DNA of 12,924 nucleotides. Source: Octopus sinensis. Lineage: Eukaryota. The stretch's first letter is position 1, and each line of letters starts with the position of its first letter. The notes beneath the pieces are model-generated. The model saw only the letters and a program-made list of their open reading frames with translations, did not search any database and was not told the origin of the DNA. The translations under genes and the position numbers were made by a program. The stretch lies in contig NW_021826321.1 in the NCBI RefSeq assembly GCF_006345805.1, forward strand, positions 1 through 12,924. Reading direction: 5' to 3'. Positions 1-8,806 of this stretch are shown here, piece after piece.

Positions 1-426
1 TCTTTACATAGGAACATACAGACGCACAAATAGCTATTAATTAGAATAAATTGATTTTTAGTTCTTGTCTATGGAGACTTCCGGTTGCGTTTCTCATATT
101 ACCGACGCCATTTCCACCCAAACACATTGCATAGCGCAAGTCTTAAAATATTACACACACACACGCATACACACGCACATTCACTCACCTATTGTTGACG
201 TCATTATATGTGGGCTTGAGTCCTATGGCCACCCTTCGAAATGTTTCTATCCGAAAGGGTTTTTAATCTATTATTTCCATTCTATTATTTGTAAATTTAA
301 TTAGTTCATAATCTTAAAGTCCGCTCTGGAAACACTTCAAGAAATGAATTGGTTGTATGATAAGACGTTTGTTTTCCAACCACATGGTCTTGAAATCAGT
401 CTCACTGTGTGGCATCTTGAACAAGT

Positions 427-724
427 CGTGTTCCTTCTCGAGCCACGCCTGACTCATAAGGGCCGGTTCCCGGTTTCCTTGGTGTATACGTTCCCACCTG
501 GACGGGACGTCGGTCCGTTGCAGGTGAGCTGCAAGATGCAGGAGGAAAGAGTGAGAGAAAGTTGTGGCGAAAGAGTCAGCAGAAGTTCGCCATTACCTTC
601 TGCCGGAGCGGCGTTGAGCTTAGGTGTTTCGCTCATAAACACACACATTGCCCGGTCTGAGATTCTAACCCGCGATCCCTCGACCGCGAGTCCGCTGCTC
701 TAACCACTAGGCCATGTGCCTTCA
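427..724 (-). mobile_element. tRNA-derived SINE (family R, tail type A) with a 14-bp target-site duplication
   Basis: Minus strand begins gtgaaggcacatggcctagtggttagagcagcggactcgcggtcg (A-box TGGCCTAGTGG, degenerate B-box). Body is shared with the copies at 3384, 3885, 6364 and 10148. Tail ends ggaaaccgggaaccggcccttatgagtcaggcgtggctcgagaaggaac. Flanked by catcttgaacaagt (413-426) and catcttggacaagt (725-738). Confidence 0.9.
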
Positions 725-826
725 CATCTTGGACAAGTGTCCTCTACTATGTAGCCGTTGGACGACAAAAGCCTTTTCAGTGAATGTGGTAGATATAACC
801 AGGCCTATTCCCCATTTTTAGGGGAA

Positions 827-860
827 TATATATATGTGTGTGTGTTTGTGTGTTTGTGTG

Positions 861-904
<44 letters not shown>

Positions 905-952
905 GAGGAGAGAGAGAGAGAGTGAGTGTGTGTGTGTGTGGTGTGTGTGTAC
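827..952. repeat. Compound (TA)/(TG)/(GA) microsatellite, inside the family K SINE
   Basis: Read directly from the sequence. Confidence 0.95.
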
Positions 953-1473
953 GTCACCACATGCAGTTTTTATCTTAGTTTGCAGGGTTTCCCTTTAATA
1001 TGGTTCCTGAGTGTTCAGAAATACCATTTCATCGTTTCCGTCATTTTCTTTTCTCGTTCTTTACCATTTTCCTTTTCATTTTACTTTAAATTCCCGTGTT
1101 CCGCGATGAGCGAGACCACACTTTAATATAACGCTTTTAATTTCGTATTATTTGTTTACATTTTGTTAAAGGTTTTTGGGATTCATTGATAAATTTAGAA
1201 ATGTCAAGAAAATCGATTTCTCTATAAATGAAAGCTAATTTATTTAATCAAAAGGGTTCAACAGAAGTTGTTTAATATAAAAGAAGGTGCTATTAGCTGG
1301 AAAAAAAATGAAAAATAAGGCAGCGAAAGAAAAAGCCACGGCCTGTGTAATCGCTGGATCTTTATTAACTTTAAATCACATCACACACTCCAGTAAAACT
1401 ATGAAAATAATATAAGGCTCTCTGTTACTTTAGATACAAGACAAAACTCAATATATTAACTGAGTAAGACTGC

Positions 1474-1697
1474 AAGCTGGCACAAATGTTAGAACGCCGG
1501 GCAAATACTTAGCGGTATTTCGTCTGTCTTTATGTTCTGAGTTCAAATTCTGCTGAGGTCGACTTTGCATTTCATGCTTTCGGCTTCGATTAAATATGTA
1601 CCAGTTACGCACTGGGGACGATACAAACGACTTAATCCGTTTGTCTGTCCTTGCTTGTCCCCTCTGTGTGTAGCACCTTGTGGGTAGTAAAGATATA
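1474..1697 (+). mobile_element. SINE family M, tandem copy 1 (near full length)
   Basis: aagctggcacaaatgttagaacgccgggc...gagttcaaattc (B-box-like)...gaggtcgactttgcatttcatgctttcgg...gtaccagttacgcactgggg...gtagtaaagatata. Homologous to the reverse complement of 9268-9499. Confidence 0.9.
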
Positions 1698-1703
1698 AGA
1701 AAG

Positions 1704-1913
1704 TTTAGCACGCCGGGCAAAATGCTTAGTGGTATTTTGTCTGCCGTTACGTTGTGAGTTCAAATTCCGCCGAGATCGACTTTGTCTTTCATCCTTTCGG
1801 GGTCGAAACATTAAGTACAGTTACGCACTGGGGTCGATGTAATCGACTTAATACCTATGTCTGCCCTTGTTTGTCCCCTCTATGTTTAGCCCCTTGTGGG
1901 TAATAAAGAAATA
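1704..1913 (+). mobile_element. SINE family M, tandem copy 2 (5'-truncated)
   Basis: tttagcacgccgggcaaaatgcttagtggtattttgtc through gtgggtaataaagaaata; same modules as copy 1. Confidence 0.9.
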
Positions 1914-2108
1914 GGTATTTCGTCTGTCTTTACGTTCTGAGTTCAAATTCCGCCGAAGTCGACTTTACCTTTCATCCTTTCGGGGTCGATTAAATAAGTA
2001 CCAGTTACGCACTGGGGATCGATATAATCGACTTAATTTGTTTGTCTGTCCTTGTTTGTCCTCTCTGTGTTTAGCTCCTTGTGAGTAGTAAAGAAATAGG
2101 TATTTCGT
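1914..2108 (+). mobile_element. SINE family M, tandem copy 3 (185-bp unit, 1914-2098) plus a 10-bp stub of a fourth unit
   Basis: Starts at the internal site ggtatttcgtc, ends aaagaaata at 2098, and is immediately followed by ggtatttcgt again (2099-2108). Confidence 0.9.
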
Positions 2109-2109
2109 T

Positions 2110-2849
2110 TGTGATGATCTTTCCCAAGCCTTGTGATGAAGACGTCCAAAGGCAGAGCTGGATTTTTCTATCCTTGTGTTCAGTTAATCATCAATACCCT
2201 GGACAGTGTAATTACGAATGTTGTCGAAACTCTTTAGAACTTGAAGTTGATTGTTGACTGTGAAGGGTGTTCATCTAAGGTTGTTGTTTTTCTCTTTTTC
2301 CGGAAGCGGGCTGTTTTTGATACTGGTTGCGAAATCGAAGTTATCTCCAACTGAAGCAAAGTTGTCTAAGCTCTGTTTCAGAGTTTGCGGTCAGAGCACA
2401 AATCGTCCGGAAAAAGGAACTCCCTTGTGGTAGTGACTCGGGTTTTGTTCTTTGCTTTCAGGCGGCTGATGATAAAAAGACTACCATCATCTTTTGATCT
2501 GGTTGCCAGGTGTTCCATGGGAAAATGTAACGTGAAGCATTGCACTAAACGTCTATGAAGAGCATGGTTGCTGCAACACAACACTGTTTCACGCCATTGA
2601 TTACAGGGATAGGCGCCGAAGATTCTCCGTCATACAAGATACCAGCTTGTGATATGCCATCGTGAAATAACAGCAGCATGTTAATGGCCTTGTCTGGTCA
2701 ACCAAATTTCTTCATTATTTTCCGCTTACATTGTCAGAGACCTCGGTTAGGTCGATGAATACATTATAGAGGTCTTTATCTTGTTCCAGACATTTTTCTT
2801 GAAGCTGTCTTGCGGCAAGGATCATGTTCCTGGCCTCGGGAGAGCGTTT

Positions 2850-2852
<3 letters not shown>
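2110..2852 (-). pseudogene. Decayed RTE-clade (RTE/BovB-like) LINE reverse-transcriptase fragment
   Basis: Manual minus-strand translation across frameshifts and stops gives NMILAARQLQEKCLEQDKDLYNVFIDLTEVSDNV, IMKKFG*PDKAINMLLLFHDG, NGVKQCCVAATMLF, DGSLFIISRLKAKNK..REFLFPDD (2402-2419) and IDD*LNTRIEKSSSAFGRLHHKAWER. These match, in order, the RTE motifs DMIFxARQLQEKCxEQ..FIDLTKAFD, KFGCP, NGVKQGCVLAPTLF, LFADD and RIAKASxAFGRL. Confidence 0.92.
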
Positions 2853-2924
<72 letters not shown>

Positions 2925-2948
2925 AGTGTGTCTGTATGTGTGTGTGTG
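2853..2948. repeat. (TG)n microsatellite
   Basis: Read directly from the sequence. Confidence 0.97.
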
Positions 2949-3227
2949 TTTTCTGAAGCATACATATACGGCGCAACATACGATCAAACTGAATCTAATA
3001 TAGATCGTCGTAAACATATCCTACACATGGGATGTTAGACATCAATATGATGCAATACAAATACTGTATATGCACCGAACAGAAGACTAATATTGTTTTA
3101 GAAGAACATCAGAATTCAGCGTACGGTTGCATAAACACAGGATTAGGTATATCGGCAGAGACATACACCTATACACCCGTACTTAGAAACATGGACACAA
3201 ACAAAAAGAAATGAAGTTATAGTATGT

Positions 3228-3291
<64 letters not shown>

Positions 3292-3310
3292 CATAGACAG
3301 ACAGACAGAC

Positions 3311-3384
<74 letters not shown>
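3228..3384. repeat. (GATA)n microsatellite with a (GACA)n core
   Basis: Read directly from the sequence. Confidence 0.97.
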
Positions 3385-3385
<1 letters not shown>

Positions 3386-3564
3386 GTGAAAGAAAGTTAT
3401 GGCGAAAGAGTACAGCAGGGTTCGCCACCACTCTCTGTCGGATCCCCGTGGAGCTTTAGGTGATTTCGCTCAATGAACACTCACAACGCCCGGTCTGGGA
3501 ATCGAAACCGCGGTCCTCCGACCGCGAGTCCGCTGACCTAACCACTGGGCCATTGCGCCTCCAC
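3384..3564 (-). mobile_element. SINE family R, head and body only (no tail; abuts the GATA repeat)
   Basis: Reverse complement reads gtggaggcgcaatggcccagtggttaggtcagcggactcgcggtcggaggaccgcggtttcgattcccagaccgggcg...caactttctttcactct-like end (ataactttctttcactct). A-box TGGCCCAGTGG, B-box GGTTTCGATTCC. Confidence 0.92.
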
Positions 3565-3569
3565 ACACA

Positions 3570-3611
<42 letters not shown>

Positions 3612-3618
3612 CACACAT
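3563..3618. repeat. (CA)n microsatellite
   Basis: Read directly from the sequence. Confidence 0.97.
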
Positions 3619-3681
3619 ACGAGTGAGTGGACAAACAAAAGAAAAGGCACTCAACATAATTAGTAGGAGTTACATGTACTA

Positions 3682-3797
3682 TTAAAAACTGCTGGATTCG
3701 GTTGCGTGTGACTTCAAGTTTCGCAGGTTTCTAACAGAGCCCATCCCTTTCAGGCTTTAGAACTTTAGGTCACACGGACCGAATCAAACTGTTTTAA
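3682..3797. mobile_element. Putative MITE with imperfect ~37-bp terminal inverted repeats
   Basis: The left arm aaaactgctggattcggttgcgtgtgacttcaagtt (within 3682-3720) matches the reverse complement of the right arm 3761-3797 (aaaacagtttgattcggtccgtgtgacctaaagtt). TTAA/TA lies at both outer ends. Superfamily not determined. Confidence 0.6.
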
Positions 3798-3802
3798 AGC
3801 AC

Positions 3803-3827
3803 ATATGTGCATATGTATATGTGTGTA

Positions 3828-3886
<59 letters not shown>
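3803..3886. repeat. (TG)n/(TA)-mixed microsatellite
   Basis: Read directly from the sequence. Confidence 0.97.
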
Positions 3887-3888
<2 letters not shown>

Positions 3889-4180
3889 AGGTGCAATGGC
3901 CCAGTGGTTTGGGCAGCGGACTCGCGGTCAGAGGATCGCGGTTTCGATTCCCAGACCGGGCGTTGTGTATGTATGTTTATTGAGCGAAAACACCTAAAAG
4001 CTCCACGAGGATCCGGCAGGGCGGGGGTGGCGACCCCTGTTGTACTCTTTCGCCCCAACTTTCTCTCATTCTCTCTTCCTGCGATGGACTGGCGTCCCAT
4101 CCAGCTGGAGGGAACACATACTCCACAGAAACCGGGAAACCGGACCCATGAGCCTGGCTAGGCTTGAAAATGGCGCATAA
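3885..4180 (+). mobile_element. SINE family R, tail type B (variant of tail A)
   Basis: Head gtggaggtgcaatggcccagtggtttgggcagcggactcgcgg...ggtttcgattcccagaccgggcg and the shared body. Tail cctgcgatggactggcgtcccatccag...cagaaaccgggaaaccggacccatgagcctggctaggcttgaaa. Confidence 0.92.
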
Positions 4181-4281
4181 ATACATATATATTTATATAT
4201 ACAATCTATAAGTAAGGGCAAAAGAAAAAATTTCTAATGACAAAATATGCCGAAAATAGACACAACGTCAATAAACATGTA

Positions 4282-4407
4282 ATTTATCACCACAAGCACG
4301 CGTTTCGAAGAAAGCCGACAGAAATTTCTAAAAAAATCCCGTTATTACCATATCGGACCCGATTTCAGAGTTAGTTCATAAGAACCTTCCCTTCATCAGT
4401 GATAAAT
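4282..4407 (-). ncRNA. Hammerhead-ribozyme-like motif of Penelope (PLE) type, probably degenerate
   Basis: Minus strand reads atttatca-CTGATGA-agggaag...(~70 nt)...ctttcttc-GAAAC-GCGT-gcttgtgg-tgataaat. It has both core boxes, a closing stem I (4282-4290 with 4399-4407), a stem II with G-U pairs and a palindromic ACGCGT stem III. The cleavage-site base is G, which is non-canonical. Confidence 0.4.
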
Positions 4408-4619
4408 GCGGCAAAGAAATAGGTGAAATACTTACTTATACCCATGGAAGGAGCGAACACTTAGTCATGAGCACAATTAAGTACGCCAAATATATCCAAA
4501 ATAGAAATTCTCTAGCCCATCTCGAGACACGTGTGATTCGAACTAAAAACCCTCGTACACTGAGAGTCCGTAAGTGAATACTGTTAAATTAACATCTAAT
4601 GTAGGATAATTTTTTTCGA

Positions 4620-4620
<1 letters not shown>

Positions 4621-4647
<27 letters not shown>
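4621..4647. repeat. (TA)n microsatellite
   Basis: Read directly from the sequence. Confidence 0.95.
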
Positions 4648-4650
<3 letters not shown>

Positions 4651-5039
4651 AAATGACCATACAGAGACATGAGTGACCGCAAAGGGCAATACCCTCGCTG
4701 CAACTAAATACGCATTGGCCACACATTGATCATGCGGCGCATACATACTTATTTATGATGGTCGATTTCCATGTAAGCACATTTACATAATTGTCTGAGT
4801 CATGCGAGATTTGGTGTAGTTGGTCGGCGTGGAGCGGAGCTGGACGAATTGGGAGGAGGGGGCGGACTGAAATGGAATGTCATTGATGACATCAGTAAAT
4901 TTCATGAAAATGTTACCAAGATATTCATGTCAGCTCTGACGTTCTTATAGTACTACTTCAGCAGCCGATGAAGAAAAAGTCGATATACTAGTTTCGCTCG
5001 TGCTGATGTCGATCAAGATTTTAAAAATTCTATTGAGGT

Positions 5040-5042
<3 letters not shown>

Positions 5043-5082
<40 letters not shown>
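5043..5082. repeat. (TA)n microsatellite at the 3' flank of the family K SINE
   Basis: Read directly from the sequence. Confidence 0.95.
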
Positions 5083-5618
<536 letters not shown>

Positions 5619-5630
5619 AGTCATATTTAC

Positions 5631-5737
5631 TTTCTCCGCCATCTTGTCATTTCTTCTATCTTCTGTCATTACTGGTTGAAGATGATTTTTTTTTGTCAAA
5701 ATTGGTCACTTGTAATCCAAATAAAAATCTGATTGGC
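5631..5737 (-). promoter_or_regulatory. Candidate Pol II promoter and short first coding exon (MAEK)
   Basis: Minus strand has GCCAATCAG (5737-5729) and GACCAAT (5707-5701), with the CCAAT boxes 31 bp apart. A YY1 consensus CAAGATGGCGG (5646-5636) contains a strong-Kozak ATG (5642-5640), followed by AAA|GTAAAT, a possible donor. Motif evidence only. Confidence 0.35.
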
Positions 5738-5881
5738 AGAATTGATTCCTTGCCATGAATTCGTTCTAAATGTCATTTGAAAAATATTACGTTGGAGATG
5801 TGATTCGCTCACAGATTGTTCCATCGCACCTTAAGCTACACGGACGGAATGAAAAAAAGAAAATGAAATGCGGTTTCTCTA

Positions 5882-5948
5882 TGTGTGTTAATATATGTGT
5901 GCATACATAAATATGTGTGTGTATATGTATATATGTATGTATACAGAA

Positions 5949-5985
<37 letters not shown>
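5882..5985. repeat. Mixed TA/TG microsatellite
   Basis: Read directly from the sequence. Confidence 0.9.
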
Positions 5986-5986
<1 letters not shown>

Positions 5987-6012
5987 TGCGGTGCATGTGT
6001 GTGCATTTATAT

Positions 6013-6085
6013 GTGAAAGTGCATGTCCTGGTGGTAAGATTGTCGCTGATATGATCATAAGACTGTGGTTTTGATTCCGACGGGT
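6013..6085 (+). mobile_element. Highly degenerate tRNA-like SINE head remnant
   Basis: gtgaaagtgcatgtcctggtggtaag...gtggttttgattccgacggg aligns loosely with the family R/H heads (decayed A and B boxes). Confidence 0.4.
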
Positions 6086-6086
6086 G

Positions 6087-6288
6087 ATATATATATCTAT
6101 ATATATATATATATATTATATATATATATATATATAATGTGTGGTTTGTGTGTGTGTGTATATATAATATATATATATGTGTATATATATATATATACAT
6201 GCATATATATATAATATATATGTATATACATAAATACATACATATACATAATATATACATATATATTTTGTATATAAATATATATATG

Positions 6289-6344
<56 letters not shown>

Positions 6345-6365
6345 TATATATATACATATATATAT
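6087..6365. repeat. Compound (TA)n/(TG)/(CATA) microsatellite
   Basis: Read directly from the sequence. Confidence 0.95.
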
Positions 6366-6652
6366 CACCGTGATTACCGTGACCAGGCTATCAGATGTTG
6401 CTACACATCGCTGGTCACAATGCGCTTCGCATTGCTTTAGCCTTCAGATGACGCCACCCCGGTGGCTAAGCGAGCAGGCCAACAGAAGAAAGAGTGAGAG
6501 AAAGTTGTGGCAAAAGAGTACAGCAGGGATCGCCACCACCCCCTGCCGGAGCCTCGTGGAGCTTTAGTTGTTTTCGCTCAATAAACACTCACAACGCCCA
6601 GTCTGGAAATCCTATGACCGCGAGTCCGCTGCCCTAAACACCGGGCCATTGC
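6364..6652 (-). mobile_element. SINE family R, tail type C, with the B-box deleted
   Basis: Family R head and body at 6491-6652, with a ~12-bp deletion (gaaaccgcgatc) removing part of the B-box. The unrelated tail reads ttcttctgttggcctgctcgcttagcc...catctgatagcctggtcacggtaatcacggtgat and ends in a 9-bp tandem repeat. Confidence 0.85.
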
Positions 6653-7023
6653 AAGAATTTGTTTATCCACTTTCTTTTGTCACCACCTTTGTTTTTTTTC
6701 TCACAAGCAATATCTGAAGTCGCTAAAGATGCAACAAATCGAATTTTTAATGAAAATATGGGTAAATTAGAGCTGGTCAAAGTGTTTGTTGTAGCTGTAA
6801 TTGTTGTCGCCGAATTGACTGCTAAGCATGTCATTAACTGTGGGTTGAATTAAGGGCGCTTGAATAAGTCACTAACCGAAATAAGTGGATCTATTGTTTA
6901 GGAAAATACTATTTACCTGTTTAAGGGTTGTACTGGATATATTGCGAAAATAATTCTAACAGTTCAAATACTAAGAAATAAGCATACTCAATTTCATTTT
7001 TACCAAATAATTTAAGAAAATGA

Positions 7024-7315
7024 ATGGGTTATTTCCTTTGGCTATACATAAGTATCCTTTCCAGGGAAGTATGGGTTATTTCCCTAGGTTTTAAAATAAA
7101 ATATATTAGATATATATATATATAAGAATCCCTTCCAGGGGACCTATTATCGATTTTTTTTCAACGATCTGAGTATGCCATGGGGTTTTCAGACATGAGT
7201 TCCACTCACGTGTCAAGTTTCATCAAAATCCATAAAACGATATAGGAGTTAGCTAACAACTCGACAAACACAGCCACAGACAGAATTTCCCACATATGTA
7301 GGAGATATATATATC
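7024..7315. mobile_element. Possible Helentron-associated (HINE/DINE-1/Lep1-like) non-autonomous element remnant
   Basis: gtgtcaagtttcatcaaaatcc...taggagtt...gacaaacacagccacagacagaatttccc resembles, from memory, the aagtttcatcaaaatcgg...acagacagac...tttcgc module of insect HINE/Lep1 elements. It has internal direct repeats and agatatatata near both ends. Confidence 0.35.
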
Positions 7316-7337
7316 AGGGTAGATCGATCGATCGGTC

Positions 7338-7443
<106 letters not shown>

Positions 7444-8157
7444 GAGAAGTACATTTCTCGTTAGCCTCAAAAAAATATGTACCTAATTACATGTAATATT
7501 ATTAATTCAGTCGTTCGAATCCGATAATTCTTCACAGAATCGCTACTTCACTTTGTTTAACACACCAGAACGGAAGTATAAAGCGAAAAAACTCGAACTC
7601 ACAGCCGAGTGAAATACTGATGGGCCGATGACTCCGATCAAAGAACAAATATTCATAAACGTAGATGTTACAGCAGAATTAATGTAAGACGAAGTTAATA
7701 GCTCCACTTTTTTTTGTTTTTTGTCTTTTACTTCTTAAAACAGGAACTTATATTGCAATAACACAGAAATAGATATAATTCGATCTGAATTTCAAATATA
7801 ATTTTCTGCCAACATTTATCCCGGCCATTTTAAAAATAATTTTGTTATCTTTTAGCTGAAAAATCTCCCTTGGTGACAGACTCGTGTATTATTACTTTTA
7901 GTTTTATAATTATCCTTTTTATTTTTGTAAAAGATAATTTTCTGCTTCATGCCTCACTTGGTCAATGAATTCAAGTCAGTGACCTCTTGTTGATAACGGA
8001 TATAATTCTGGGATTTCAAGGCACTGATGGGAAAATAAAGTATTCCTGGATGCTGACTTCATTTATTCCGGTGGAGGGAGAAATGAAGATTCATGACATA
8101 CGCCACAAGCTAATGGAAGCCATTAGACGAACGCTGTTGCTTGTCACATGACATGTT

Positions 8158-8747
8158 TATGTATGTATGTATGCATGTATGTGTGCATGCATGTATGCAT
8201 GTATGAATATGTGTATGTATGTATGCATGTATGTTTATATGTATGTATGCATACATGCATGTATGCATGCTTCTATGTCTGTATGCATTATGCATGTATG
8301 TACTTATGTATGCATGTATGTATGCATGTATGTATGCATGTATGTATGCATGTATGTATACATTCACGTATGATGTATGTATGCATGCAAGCATGTGTAT
8401 ATTTATGCATATATGTACGTATGTATGCATGCATGTATTTATGTATGTATGTATTTATTGTACGTATGTATGCATATGTATGCATGCATATATGTATGTA
8501 TGCATGTATGTGTGTATGCATTATGCATGTATGTAGGCATCTATGTATACATTCACGTATGCATGTATGCATGCATGCATTCATGTGTGTATACATTATG
8601 CATATTTGTACATATGTATGCACTATGTATGTATACATATATGTACGTATGTATGTATGTATGTATGTACTATGTATGTATGTATGTATATATGTATGTA
8701 TGTATGTATATATATGTTTGTATTTATGTACGTATTATGTATGTACG

Positions 8748-8779
<32 letters not shown>

Positions 8780-8806
8780 TGTATGTATGTATGTATGTAT
8801 GTATGT
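8158..8806. repeat. ~650-bp (TATG/CATG)n compound microsatellite with higher-order internal duplication
   Basis: Near-continuous purine-pyrimidine alternation. Variant blocks recur at 8281-8302 and 8514-8535, and at 8353-8372 and 8542-8561. Confidence 0.95.

Larger units (their letters stand above)
340..958 (+). mobile_element. Old, degenerate tRNA-derived SINE (family K), interrupted by a younger SINE at 427-724
   Basis: Colinear with the reverse complement of 5082-5503: tggttgtatgataag...ccaaccacatggtcttgaaatcagtctcactgtgtggcatcttgaacaagt, then after the insertion gtcctctactatgtagcc...gacaaaagccttttcagtgaatgtggtaga, an internal TA/TG/GA microsatellite, and ggtgtgtgtgtacgtcacc. Ends are approximate. 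Confidence 0.75.

Noticed and set aside
77-203. ETS (acttccggt, 77-85), YY1-like (106-113) and CRE (tgacgtca, 196-203) motifs as a promoter
   Set aside because: Short motifs spread over 130 bp with no start-site architecture; could be chance without chromatin data.
1474-2108. Tandem units as a CRISPR array
   Set aside because: Eukaryotic context, 185-230-bp units with no unique spacers, and homology to a dispersed SINE.
4525-4570. Minus-strand gttcgaatc B-box-like motif
   Set aside because: No A-box or recognisable SINE body nearby.
4985-5020. Second hammerhead candidate (minus-strand GAAACTAGTA)
   Set aside because: It has a palindromic stem III-like motif but no CUGANGA box or stem II upstream.
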